Positions 18,805-28,313 of a stretch of 46,473 nt of DNA are shown here, in pieces. Location of the stretch: sequence record OP142323.1. One strand, 5' to 3'. The DNA is from Staphylococcus phage Lacachita. Each line of letters begins with the position of its first letter. Within the stretch, counting starts at the first letter, position 1. The notes beneath the pieces are model-generated. The model did no database searches. It saw nothing but the letters and a program-made list of their open reading frames with translations, and was not told where the DNA came from. The position numbers were made by a program, and so were the translations under genes.

Positions 18805-21426
18805 ATGCAACTATTCACTATGCCCGTTGAATTGGGGCAAGAATTTAGAAAGGTAACCATTATTAATTTTAGAGATATTGTGTTCGAAATTAATAAAGGT
18901 AAGGTCGCGTTAAACGATCATAAAAACAAAGACAAAGTGGCACATAAAAGTAAACAAATTTCTCACTTTGACGAAGATTTAGAAACAATTTTAATCAATT
19001 TCAAAAAACGATTAGAGTCTCACATCATAGGTGCAAATGGCGACGGTATAGCAGAGCTTACTGATAGCCGAGTATCTAGGGACGGAAAAAGATTTAATAT
19101 TTTCAATAACCGTATTGATTACGAATTCCAGCAAACGGAAAAGTTATTCGAACAAAAGTATAAAGAAGTCTATGGTTTGGCTACTCGTCTAAGAAATGTA
19201 AATGACTTTGGTGCTGATCCAACAGGAGAAAAAGATAGTACAGAAGCCTTTGAAAAAGCGTTCGAAAACGGTGGCTATCATGTACATATGACTGAAGGTA
19301 CTTATAAAGTAAGAGGTATTAAGTTACCTAGTAACTCAATTTTAAGTGGGGAAGGCAAAGGCGTTACAACTATTAAAATGAATGATGACGCCCCTCAAGA
19401 AAATATTGTCATTACAAATAGAGATGTAGACGGAACAGCTAAAAACATCACTGTTAAAGACTTTAGTATCAATGGTAATAAGTTCAGACAAGAAGGCACA
19501 TTAAAAGCTGCTGGCGGCTCACGTTCAAGTAACTTACGCTATGCAGGTGTTACTAATGGATATATTTATAACATCGAAAGTTATGACGCACTATTACATG
19601 GTATAGACGTTACATACGCGTCTGATGATTACTTCTATGAAGGAGATAACGTACGTGTTGAGGAGCAATTAGAAAGTAACTTCATTCATATCGACAACTG
19701 CGAAACGTACGGTTTCGGAGACGACGGTATTACAACACACCACTCTAAATTCTTAAATATCACAAACAACTATTCACACCACCCTACAGGTGGAGGTAAT
19801 AATAACGGTATCGAAATAGATGACGGTTCAAGATATGTGATGTTAAGTGGTAATACAACAAAACAAAACTTTGGTGGACTTGAAATCAAAGCGCATGGTA
19901 CAGCTACAGCGCCAAGTGGCGTGTTTGTTAACAACCATTTATCTATTGAAGATACAAGAAGTTATAACGTTAGACACATAGGACATCACAGAGCCGCAAC
20001 AGATGTTAAGAGTAAATCAGCTCATGACGTTGTGCTTAATAACATTACATCTATTTATCCATACGCAAACAATACATATGAAAATGTTACGCCTAGAGCG
20101 TTAGTTATTAGTGCTTATGACGGTGTCGTATGTAACAACGTAACATGCATAGGCGACGGACGTTTCCAAGCAGGCCAACCAGCAATAGCAGTTCAATTTA
20201 TGAGCCAAAACATTGTCATTAGTAACGTGAACATCACAGGCTTCAAAAACGCTATGGCAGACATGAAAGTATTCGGTGGCAATAACGGTGGTAATAAAAT
20301 CAAATTTGCTAACGTTAACATTCACGACTCATCTGTGAATATTGGTATTGCAGGTGGTGCAGGTGTCGAAGGCTTTGGTATTTATAACGCTAACTTAACT
20401 GGATCCGGTAAAGGTAACGGAATAGAACTATACAACCACTACGCAGAAATTGTAGGTGTTGACGCAGTTAACTATGAATACGCAGCAGACATCGCCGGCA
20501 ACAAATACGAAGTAGTGCCAACATATATGAATGGTGGCGCAAGTATAGCTTCAACAGGTAGTGGTGCAATTTCTGAAAGAAGTGCCGTTTTAGCTTCTAG
20601 TAACGGAACATTCGCATACGACAAAAACTCATTTGTCATTGCGTCTAATATGGGATCAGAGGCTTACGGATCACGTTCAGGTGTTATTAATTCATCTAAT
20701 TCAAGAACTAAAAAAGATGGTTTCGCACAAACAATAATGAACTCAAGAAGTGTCGAGTCATTAGGTAATTATCATTTCCAAATGGGTTATGGCGAAGATG
20801 AAAAACCTAAAGCCTCAAACACTAAATTTGATGTATCTGCATTTAGCGGTAATGTAAGAACAGCAGGATATTTAAAATCAGGCCAAGACATCGGGGATAT
20901 TGGCGAGTATTTTGAAAGCAAAACTGGAGAGAAAATCGAAAACGGTTATATTGTAACCTTAGAAGGTCGCTACATTAGAAAAGCTGGTCCAGATGATGAG
21001 CCAGTAGGTATCGTTTCAGGTACAGCCGCATTAGTTATGGGGGATCAATTATTCCACCATAAATCTAAATATAAAAAAGACGAATTCGGTGTTGTTATAA
21101 AATCTGTTCAAATGGTTGAAAATGTAGATGATGAAGGAAACATACACCGCGAACTTGTAGAGTTACCAGTCGTTAATGAAGATTACGACAATCAAAACGA
21201 AGAAGATTACATTCCTAGATCACAACGAGATGAATGGTGCGTTGTTGGTATCAATGGTCAAATTTATACAAGAATAGATGAAACTGTTGAAAACGGCGAC
21301 AAAATAACTGCCATGAGAGGTGTAGGAACAAAAGACAATGCTAATGGCTATTATTACGTCGAAGAAATCACTACACCATACGACGCAGAAAAAGGTTACG
21401 GAGTAGCATTAGTATTCGTTAAATAG
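18805..21426 (+). CDS. tail fibre / pre-neck appendage-like protein with pectate-lyase-fold (right-handed beta-helix) domain; depolymerase candidate
   Basis: 873 aa. 'NVNDFGADPTGEKDSTEAFEKAFENGG' is typical of the Pectate_lyase_3 N-terminus and is followed by repetitive beta-helix-like segments. Confidence 0.55.
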   Translation: MQLFTMPVELGQEFRKVTIINFRDIVFEINKGKVALNDHKNKDKVAHKSKQISHFDEDLETILINFKKRLESHIIGANGDGIAELTDSRVSRDGKRFNIFNNRIDYEFQQTEKLFEQKYKEVYGLATRLRNVNDFGADPTGEKDSTEAFEKAFENGGYHVHMTEGTYKVRGIKLPSNSILSGEGKGVTTIKMNDDAPQENIVITNRDVDGTAKNITVKDFSINGNKFRQEGTLKAAGGSRSSNLRYAGVTNGYIYNIESYDALLHGIDVTYASDDYFYEGDNVRVEEQLESNFIHIDNCETYGFGDDGITTHHSKFLNITNNYSHHPTGGGNNNGIEIDDGSRYVMLSGNTTKQNFGGLEIKAHGTATAPSGVFVNNHLSIEDTRSYNVRHIGHHRAATDVKSKSAHDVVLNNITSIYPYANNTYENVTPRALVISAYDGVVCNNVTCIGDGRFQAGQPAIAVQFMSQNIVISNVNITGFKNAMADMKVFGGNNGGNKIKFANVNIHDSSVNIGIAGGAGVEGFGIYNANLTGSGKGNGIELYNHYAEIVGVDAVNYEYAADIAGNKYEVVPTYMNGGASIASTGSGAISERSAVLASSNGTFAYDKNSFVIASNMGSEAYGSRSGVINSSNSRTKKDGFAQTIMNSRSVESLGNYHFQMGYGEDEKPKASNTKFDVSAFSGNVRTAGYLKSGQDIGDIGEYFESKTGEKIENGYIVTLEGRYIRKAGPDDEPVGIVSGTAALVMGDQLFHHKSKYKKDEFGVVIKSVQMVENVDDEGNIHRELVELPVVNEDYDNQNEEDYIPRSQRDEWCVVGINGQIYTRIDETVENGDKITAMRGVGTKDNANGYYYVEEITTPYDAEKGYGVALVFVK

Positions 21427-21436
21427 GAGGTTAACA

Positions 21437-23572
21437 ATGGATATAGATATTAAAAAGAATGGCAAAGTACGTGTGTTAGATACACCGTACTTTAAGCCAA
21501 TCACACAAACAAATATTTCTTTTTCTAACATGGATATTGGAACTGCTAAAATAACTTTCGAATTATTAAAAAACAGTCTACCTTTACAAGTTAGCGAAAA
21601 GAATGTTGACGTTTATAGTTATTTAGAAAGTAAAAATGGCAGCAGCATAGAAGTACCATTACACTTTGAAGATCCTTTAAATGGTATCGTTAGTATGACA
21701 ATAGACAAAGATTTCTTAGAAGCGTCTACAAATTCAACTGTAGAAGGTCAACTATACATAACGATGAATAAGAAAAACAAAACATACAACGATTACTCAA
21801 ACACTGTAGCATTACAAAAATTTAGTTTTGCAGTTGAGGACGCTTTAATAAATAAAATTAGTGGTAGCGATAAAATATTCTATATTAGATCATTTGACAT
21901 CCTGAAATCAGAAATCAAAAACAAAATTTATGAAATGGAACAAGACATCGGCAAGATTGAAGAAGTAAAAAAAGAGCTTGAAAAATTATTTTATGAAATC
22001 AAAGAAGAAATCACTCAAATTAGAAAAGATACTATTAATCAATTGCAAAGTGAATATAAAGAGTATAGCGATTTATTAAATGATATACATAATCAAGCAT
22101 TAACAGATATTGATAATCGCACCAAAGTGTCACTCAATCAAATTGATAATAAGAAAGAAGAAGTGCTTCAGTTATTAGAAGAAGGCGAAATTGTTACAAA
22201 AACAATGTTTGAAGAATACAAGTCAGATATTCAAGATCAACTAGACGAAGCATTGTTGAAAAATCAAAATGAAATTAAATCATATAAAGACGACCTTCAA
22301 AATACAATTGACAATTTAAATTGGCAAAAGCATAAATTAACAACTGACGAAGGCAACGTCATTTCTGTTACTGACACTGTAGATATGAATACTTTAGGTG
22401 GCTTGGATAAAACAGGATTTTATTACTGTTCAAACATCACAAATTCGCCTGACAGTGAAAGTACAACAGGTTATATAAACGTTTATAATCAAAGCTCTAC
22501 TTTAGGATTTGCTTATTTCATAAATCAAGACGGTCAAACTATATATACCAACACTAAAAACAATGGTTCGTGGGGAGATTGGCAACCTATAAGTAAAGAT
22601 CAAATTGAAGATCTAGAATGGCAAAAATACAAATTAACCGAAGATAACGGGAATCGTGTTTCTTTAGGAACATTAGATAAGCCTGTAGAAAAACTTTCGG
22701 CTGGATATTACGAGTGTACTATACCGTCTAATTCAGAAGTGGTAAACGCGCCCTCCAACAATAGCGGAAGCTCATATTTAGCTGAAATAGACGTCACAGT
22801 TGGGAATAGTGGTAGGAAACAAATACTTTTAATCCAAAGTTATACAAAAAATATATGGTTTAAGACTATACATACTAATGGTGCTGATAGAGGTTGGGTT
22901 TTAGTAAATAGGGATTACGAAAAAGATTTGGATTGGCAAAAATATAAAATGGTTGATGACAACGGAAAAAACTATACGGTAGATTGCAAAAATAATGGAA
23001 CGACATTACATAATTTAGCTCCTAAACATTATTACCTTACTAATGTACCTGATCTACCAAGCGGAGTAGGGAAAGACGGTATGGCTTTAGTTATATCCGA
23101 TAATACAGATAAAAATGGACGTATCATTTATTCTCCGCAATCCTCATCAGGTGTTTATATGAAGAACAAAGTTATGGGTAATTGGTCGCCATTCGTTAAG
23201 GTTACAACTAACTACAGTTCTACTGGTTGGCAAGACTTGCCACTCACAAATGGTATACAAGAATATTCAAGTAGTTATACACCTCAATTCAAATTGGTAG
23301 AAATGAACGACATGATAATGTTCTCTTTAAGAGGTGCTATAAAAAATGTTACAAGCTCAAGACAAATGTTTGCGCAGATACCACCTTATATACTAAGAAA
23401 GTTAGTGCCACCGCACCCTTATGTGCAATCGGGAAGCGTTAAAAACGGAGAAGCTACATTCGTTCGTTTAAGTATCGAAAGAAACGGAGAGGTCGGTATC
23501 ATTGCATTTTCAAAACCTAATGAAATGAACGCGTCTGACTTTTATCCGATTGATACAACAATTGTTATTTAG
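21437..23572 (+). CDS. tail fibre / receptor-binding protein with coiled-coil and three tandem ~100-aa repeats
   Basis: 711 aa. Repeats each begin 'DL(E/D/N)WQK(Y/H)K(L/M)..D.G' at about aa 293, 390 and 497. An N-terminal coiled-coil spans aa about 150-290. Confidence 0.5.
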   Translation: MDIDIKKNGKVRVLDTPYFKPITQTNISFSNMDIGTAKITFELLKNSLPLQVSEKNVDVYSYLESKNGSSIEVPLHFEDPLNGIVSMTIDKDFLEASTNSTVEGQLYITMNKKNKTYNDYSNTVALQKFSFAVEDALINKISGSDKIFYIRSFDILKSEIKNKIYEMEQDIGKIEEVKKELEKLFYEIKEEITQIRKDTINQLQSEYKEYSDLLNDIHNQALTDIDNRTKVSLNQIDNKKEEVLQLLEEGEIVTKTMFEEYKSDIQDQLDEALLKNQNEIKSYKDDLQNTIDNLNWQKHKLTTDEGNVISVTDTVDMNTLGGLDKTGFYYCSNITNSPDSESTTGYINVYNQSSTLGFAYFINQDGQTIYTNTKNNGSWGDWQPISKDQIEDLEWQKYKLTEDNGNRVSLGTLDKPVEKLSAGYYECTIPSNSEVVNAPSNNSGSSYLAEIDVTVGNSGRKQILLIQSYTKNIWFKTIHTNGADRGWVLVNRDYEKDLDWQKYKMVDDNGKNYTVDCKNNGTTLHNLAPKHYYLTNVPDLPSGVGKDGMALVISDNTDKNGRIIYSPQSSSGVYMKNKVMGNWSPFVKVTTNYSSTGWQDLPLTNGIQEYSSSYTPQFKLVEMNDMIMFSLRGAIKNVTSSRQMFAQIPPYILRKLVPPHPYVQSGSVKNGEATFVRLSIERNGEVGIIAFSKPNEMNASDFYPIDTTIVI

Positions 23573-23583
23573 GAGGTATAGAT

Positions 23584-23928
23584 ATGGCAATGGAATGGAA
23601 ACAAGTGTTTTTATATGACGGAACACAAATACTTTTAAAACCTGATATGTTTGGCAATTATGAATATCCGAAAGAAAAATGGACGGATATTAAACCACCG
23701 CAAGGAATTTATACACCGTTTCGTTTTGATGGGGAAAAGTGGATTGGTAGCACTAAAGAAGAATGGGAAGCAAGACAACCTAAAATAGAAATACCACCAA
23801 GCGAAGAGGAAGAACTTCATCTTGAACTTATAAAAACAAACATAGAACTAAAAAAAGAAGTTTCGCAACTCAATGAAGATGTAGCAAATCTTGTAACAAT
23901 GTTAGTTCAAAAACAAGGAGGCAATTAA
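23584..23928 (+). CDS. hypothetical protein (possible fibre assembly/chaperone)
   Basis: 114 aa with RBS AGGAGG, immediately after the fibre gene. Confidence 0.35.
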   Translation: MAMEWKQVFLYDGTQILLKPDMFGNYEYPKEKWTDIKPPQGIYTPFRFDGEKWIGSTKEEWEARQPKIEIPPSEEEELHLELIKTNIELKKEVSQLNEDVANLVTMLVQKQGGN

Positions 23929-23929
23929 T

Positions 23930-24079
23930 ATGTATAGAACATTTAAAAGATTATGGAAAAAAGGACTTTTAGATGAAAAAACAGTGTATGACGCAGTTGT
24001 GGTTGAGTTTATAACTGCCGAACAATACAAAGAAATAGTCGGAGAGGAATTTGTGCCGCCTAAAGACGATGAAGTGTAG
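23930..24079 (+). CDS. small hypothetical protein (49 aa)
   Basis: ATG is coupled to the upstream stop (TAATATG). It fills the gap before the membrane protein gene and falls below the ORF-track length cutoff. Confidence 0.3.
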   Translation: MYRTFKRLWKKGLLDEKTVYDAVVVEFITAEQYKEIVGEEFVPPKDDEV

Positions 24080-24089
24080 GAGGGGTATT

Positions 24090-24527
24090 ATGAACAAATA
24101 CTTTACACCGAACGATAAACTAGCTACCCTCTCTCTATTTGGATTAGGCACATATAATGGTGCTAGAGGCTTTTTTTGGGTACTAAGTCAAGAAGTGGTG
24201 GTACACGATAGCAAATTCTATGTTGCTTTAAATGAATTCATGCCTATATGGATATGGGGCGTTATATTAATGATATTTGGCCTGTGTTTAATACTCTCTA
24301 GTGTTTTATATAGTAGAACAGATATAAGCAACAAATCATATTATTTAATGACAATTGGAGGGTTTGGTTGTGGGGTTATGCAATTTTTAATGGCATCTGC
24401 CAGTTTATACAACGCTATAAACTGGTTGACGCCAATAAACTTTACTATCTTAGCAGCGTGGTGTGGTTTTGTAGGCTATATAGGAGTGTTAGGAGTAAAT
24501 GACAAACAACGATTTTCTAAAGATTAG
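24090..24527 (+). CDS. integral membrane protein (4 predicted TM helices)
   Basis: Start at ATG 24090 after GTAGGAGGGG; the listed start at 24051 has no RBS. Four hydrophobic helices are visible. Confidence 0.4.
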   Translation: MNKYFTPNDKLATLSLFGLGTYNGARGFFWVLSQEVVVHDSKFYVALNEFMPIWIWGVILMIFGLCLILSSVLYSRTDISNKSYYLMTIGGFGCGVMQFLMASASLYNAINWLTPINFTILAAWCGFVGYIGVLGVNDKQRFSKD

Positions 24528-24897
24528 AGATTGGGAGTCGGAAAAAAGAGAAATACAAAAGCAAATAAACGAAGTTGACACAAAACACACCGAAAATTAC
24601 AACAATTTGATTAACAGAATAGATGTACAAACAGTTGTACAACGTAATACATATGAGTCGCAAAAGAAATCTGAAAAGCATTTAGAAAAAATAAGCGAAA
24701 ACATTAGCAGTGTTGGCACTAGGGTTACAAAACTCGAATTTGCTAACGAAACAAATGAAAAAGAGATAAAGAAAATGCAAACAACATTGGAAGAAAAAAG
24801 CAAAGGCAACACAAATATTATTGTTGCTTGGATAGGTGTTGTTGGTGTATTACTACCTTCACTAATTCCTGTGTTTTCTAACTTATTTGATAAATAA
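24499..24897 (+). CDS. coiled-coil protein with C-terminal membrane anchor
   Basis: 132 aa. The C-terminal hydrophobic segment is 'IIVAWIGVVGVLLPSLIPVF'. Located upstream of the holin gene. Confidence 0.4.
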   Translation: MTNNDFLKIRDWESEKREIQKQINEVDTKHTENYNNLINRIDVQTVVQRNTYESQKKSEKHLEKISENISSVGTRVTKLEFANETNEKEIKKMQTTLEEKSKGNTNIIVAWIGVVGVLLPSLIPVFSNLFDK

Positions 24898-24915
24898 AAT
24901 GGAGGTGTCGAGTTT

Positions 24916-25185
24916 ATGAAACCTGATGTAGGTACAATAACTAGGGTTGTATTATTTATTTTAGCTTGGGTTAACCAAATACTAGCTAATTATAATTTAT
25001 CCCCTATAGAAGCAAGCGAAGAAAATATCAGTGACATTATCACTGGTGCGATTTCTGTTTGGGTATTATGGAAAAACAACAACTTTACACATGCTGCAAA
25101 AGAAGGACAACAAAAAATACACGAGGTCAAATCCGGAAATAACAAACATACAGGTTCGCCCGTTATTGATGAGGAGGATTTATAA
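24916..25185 (+). CDS. holin (two-TM class II-like)
   Basis: 89 aa with two TM segments and a charged C-terminus. Its stop overlaps the endolysin start (TAATG). Confidence 0.55.
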   Translation: MKPDVGTITRVVLFILAWVNQILANYNLSPIEASEENISDIITGAISVWVLWKNNNFTHAAKEGQQKIHEVKSGNNKHTGSPVIDEEDL

Positions 25186-25272
25186 TGACTTCAATAAGAA
25201 CATATAAACAAGCGTCGAAGTATCTAAAGTATATGGAAGGTAAAGCATGGAATCCGGACAAAGCTTATGGAT
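25185..25272 (+). CDS. endolysin exon 1 (N-terminus of CHAP domain)
   Basis: Translation 'MTSIRTYKQASKYLKYMEGKAWNPDKAYG', with RBS GAGGAGGA. Unspliced, the frame stops at 25299-25301. Confidence 0.7.
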
Positions 25273-26277
25273 TAATTGATAGTCCATATAAAACCTATTG
25301 AATTGCTGGGAACCCCTAACGTAAAGTCGAGGGCAATCAGCAGCGAAGCCTTTGTGGTAATAGCAAAGGAACGTTCAACGACTAAGTGCATACAATCGTA
25401 TGACAGCGGTAGGTATTCTTGATACAAATAAATGACATGCTATAATCAAGACAACAATTACGGAAAGGTGTTTTGATTATGGTTAATAGTGTTGAAACTG
25501 GAAAAAGATATAACAATATAAAAGTTTTAGAGTATTCTCATACAAACAAACACAACAAGAGAAAATACAAATGTAAATGTATGGTATGTGGCAAAATTTT
25601 TATAACGTTAGGCACTACAGTTAAAACAGGTAGGCTAAAAAGTTGTGGTTGTTTATCTAATAAAAAAGCCCAAGAAAGAATGAAAAAGCATGGAATGCAT
25701 GGCACACAAATATATAATCGTTGGAAAGGCATGAAATCAAGATGTAGGAGTAAATCATATCATGCTTATCATAGATATAACGGTAAAGGTATAACTGTTT
25801 GTGAACGGTGGTTAAATGATTTTATGAATTTTTACAATGATATGAATGATACATTCTTTGAAGGTGCTGAATTAGATAGAATAGACAATAGCAAAGGTTA
25901 TTATCCTGAAAATTGTAGGTGGGTTACGCACAAGCAAAACTGCAACAACAGAGATAAATATAAAAATAACACCGGTTATACAGGAATACATTTTGGAAAG
26001 AAAAATAAAACTTATCAAGTTAATATGTGTCACAAAAGAAAAAGTATTTATATCGGAAGTTACAAAAATATAAAAGATGCAGTAAATGCAAGAAAATCAT
26101 TTATATTAAAATTCAACAAAGATAATGGGACAAATTACAAATATGAAGAGTATCAAGAATAATGATATAGTCTAGTCTTATATGAAAGTATAAGGTTTCT
26201 AAAACAGAAACTATTTAACGTTACACAAAATTATAGAGAAATTTATAATCAGAGAGGCGTTAAATATAATATTAACG
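25273..26277 (+). mobile_element. group I intron interrupting the endolysin gene (carries an HNH homing endonuclease ORF)
   Basis: P1 pairing: exon GGAU (25269-72) with intron GUCC (25282-85), including the U.G wobble at the splice site. P10 pairing: intron AUUGAU (25275-80) with 3' exon AUCAAU (26278-83). The intron ends in G26277. Length 1005 nt, which preserves frame. Confidence 0.7.
25479..26162 (+). CDS. intron-encoded HNH-family homing endonuclease
   Basis: 227 aa from ATG 25479 after GAAAGGTG. Basic and Cys-rich, with an HNH_3-like 'LDRIDNSKGYYPENCRWVTHKQN' segment. It lies wholly inside the intron. Confidence 0.7.
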   Translation: MVNSVETGKRYNNIKVLEYSHTNKHNKRKYKCKCMVCGKIFITLGTTVKTGRLKSCGCLSNKKAQERMKKHGMHGTQIYNRWKGMKSRCRSKSYHAYHRYNGKGITVCERWLNDFMNFYNDMNDTFFEGAELDRIDNSKGYYPENCRWVTHKQNCNNRDKYKNNTGYTGIHFGKKNKTYQVNMCHKRKSIYIGSYKNIKDAVNARKSFILKFNKDNGTNYKYEEYQE

Positions 26278-27605
26278 ATCAATGCTTTGATACAGCTAAT
26301 CAGTATTGGATGTACTTATTCGGACATATGTTAAAAGGCATAGGCGCTGCAGATATTCCTACATGGAACAATTTTGAAGGAGAAGCGAAAGTTTATAAAA
26401 ACACAGTAGACTTTTTAGCTAAACGTGGAGATTTAGTTATATTCAACAGAAATTACGGTGGCGGTTATGGACACGTCGGCATCGTTATAAAAGCGACACT
26501 AGATTACATAGTGGTCATAGAACAAAATTGGCTTGGCGGTGCTTATTGGACACCACCAGAAGTAACTACACGTCGCACACATGGCTATGATTTTCCTATG
26601 TTTTTTATACGCCCCTACTTTGCAAAAGAAACGAAAACAAACGCTGTTAAAAGTAAAATGACACCTAAGAAAAAACCTAAAATGAACAAAGGTAAGAAAA
26701 TATTACTTGTAGCCGGACATGGTAAAGGTGCTTATTCAAACGATCCGGGTGCAGTAGCTAATGGATATAATGAGCGCGATTTCAACAGAAAAGAAGTTAT
26801 ACCTAGAGTTAAGAAATATCTTGAGAGTGTAGGTAACACTGTCGTTCTATATGGTGGTAAGAAAATGAACCAAGATTTATATCAAGACACGTTATACGGT
26901 CAAAGGGTAGGAAATTATAAAGATTACGGTTTATATTGGGTTAAAAACAATGTTAAACCTGACGCGATTGTAGAATTTCATCTCGACGCTGCAAGCCCTA
27001 AGGCTAGTGGCGGTCATGTTATAGTAAGTGATAAATTCCCTGCCGATGATATAGACAAAGCATTGTCTAGTACATTAGATAAAACAGTAGGAAAAATAAG
27101 AGGTGTTACACCTAGAAATGATCTATTAAATGCAAATGTTACTGGATCATTAAACTTAAACTACAGATTGATAGAACTAGGTTTTATAACATCTAAAAAA
27201 GATATGAACTACATCACGAAAAATATTGATGACTTTACTAAAAGAATTGCAGAGGCAATCAACGGTAGACAGATCGAAGCGCCAAAGAGCAAACCTTCTA
27301 AAGCTAAAAATACATGGAATTGGTCGGGTACTTTCTACCCTAATGCGCCTAAAGAAGGTATTAGAGTTAGAAGATCGCCCGGCTTAAATGGTGCTATTGT
27401 CGAAAGTGGTTCGTGGTTATACCGAAAAACAGATTGGGTTAAATTTGATAGAGTTATCAAAAAGGATGGATATTGGTTTATTAGGTTTAAATATCAAGCG
27501 CCGGGATCTAGCAATAAACACTTCTACTGTGCAGTATGCAAAATTACCGATGAGCAACAAAAAATAAAAAACGAGAAATATTGGGGAACCATAGAGTGGA
27601 AATGA
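26278..27605 (+). CDS. endolysin exon 2 (rest of CHAP, Amidase_3, SH3b)
   Basis: The spliced junction reads '..[14 protein letters not shown]..', restoring the CHAP catalytic Cys context. The CHAP His sits in 'GYGHVGIV'. Amidase_3 is marked by '[18 protein letters not shown]'. The SH3b-like domain is the C-terminal about 90 aa. Confidence 0.75.
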
Positions 27606-27683
27606 TTTACAAACAAAAATATTGGGTATATAATAATAACCATAAAACTATTATTCATTTTTCCCACTTAATAAATTTAACTT

Positions 27684-27714
27684 AGCCACGTCGTAATAGA
27701 CGTGGTTATTTTTA
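27684..27714 (+). terminator. rho-independent terminator after endolysin
   Basis: Stem CCACGTC / GACGTGG followed by TTATTTTTAT. Confidence 0.6.
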
Positions 27715-27793
27715 TGTGATACTATTAATTACGTAACCTAAAAGGTTATTAATTTAATTGTCCCTTTTAATTTGATACTATATTATATATTAT

Positions 27794-27830
27794 GACAAAC
27801 GATATCCCCCTCTCGTTTGTCTTTTTTTAT
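27794..27830 (+). terminator. second rho-independent terminator
   Basis: Perfect 9-bp stem GACAAACGA / TCGTTTGTC followed by TTTTTTT. Confidence 0.65.
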
Positions 27831-27837
27831 TTTAATG

Positions 27838-27866
27838 TTTACATTCTTAAATACTAATGCTATAAT
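27838..27866 (+). promoter_or_regulatory. consensus sigma-A-type promoter (TTTACA-17-TATAAT) at the lysis/early junction
   Basis: -35 TTTACA at 27838-43, 17-nt spacer, -10 TATAAT at 27861-66. RBS AGGAGG and ATG 27897 lie downstream. Confidence 0.6.
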
Positions 27867-27896
27867 TAGTATGTAATATTTAAGGAGGGAAACAAA

Positions 27897-28073
27897 ATGA
27901 AAAATAGTACAAAAAGTTTTATAACTTCTGAATTAGTATTCGTTGTAATGAGTATATTGTTGATGAGATTGTTTTATTTCACAACAGCGATAGGGTTATC
28001 AATTTTTATTAGTGCAGCGTTTTATTTATTTTTTGTAAGTTATGTATTCGATAAGGAGGATAAAAAATGTTAG
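27897..28073 (+). CDS. small membrane protein (58 aa), first gene after the junction promoter
   Basis: Two hydrophobic segments. Its stop overlaps the ATG of the next gene. It falls below the ORF-track length cutoff. Confidence 0.35.
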   Translation: MKNSTKSFITSELVFVVMSILLMRLFYFTTAIGLSIFISAAFYLFFVSYVFDKEDKKC

Positions 28074-28312
28074 AAACAGTTAAATATATTTTAGATATTA
28101 TAGAGGAACACGAAACAGATTTTTATTTTACGACAGACTATAACGCTATATACGAAAATGGCGTGACAGCTTTCAATTTTACAACTTATAACGACGATTT
28201 AACATTTATAAGAGATAACGTCAGAATTACATCTTTAGAAAGTGAAGATGTTAAAGAAAAGAAAGTAAATAGAATTTATGAAATTATAACGAACGGATAT
28301 AAGGAGTTTTAA
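28067..28312 (+). CDS. hypothetical protein
   Basis: 81-aa acidic protein with RBS AAGGAGGA. Confidence 0.35.
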   Translation: MLETVKYILDIIEEHETDFYFTTDYNAIYENGVTAFNFTTYNDDLTFIRDNVRITSLESEDVKEKKVNRIYEIITNGYKEF

Positions 28313-28313
28313 A

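Noticed and set aside
27606-28066. Integrase/attP or repressor at the lysis-to-early junction
   Set aside because: Only terminators, a promoter and a 58-aa membrane ORF are present. No recombinase-sized ORF appears in any frame.
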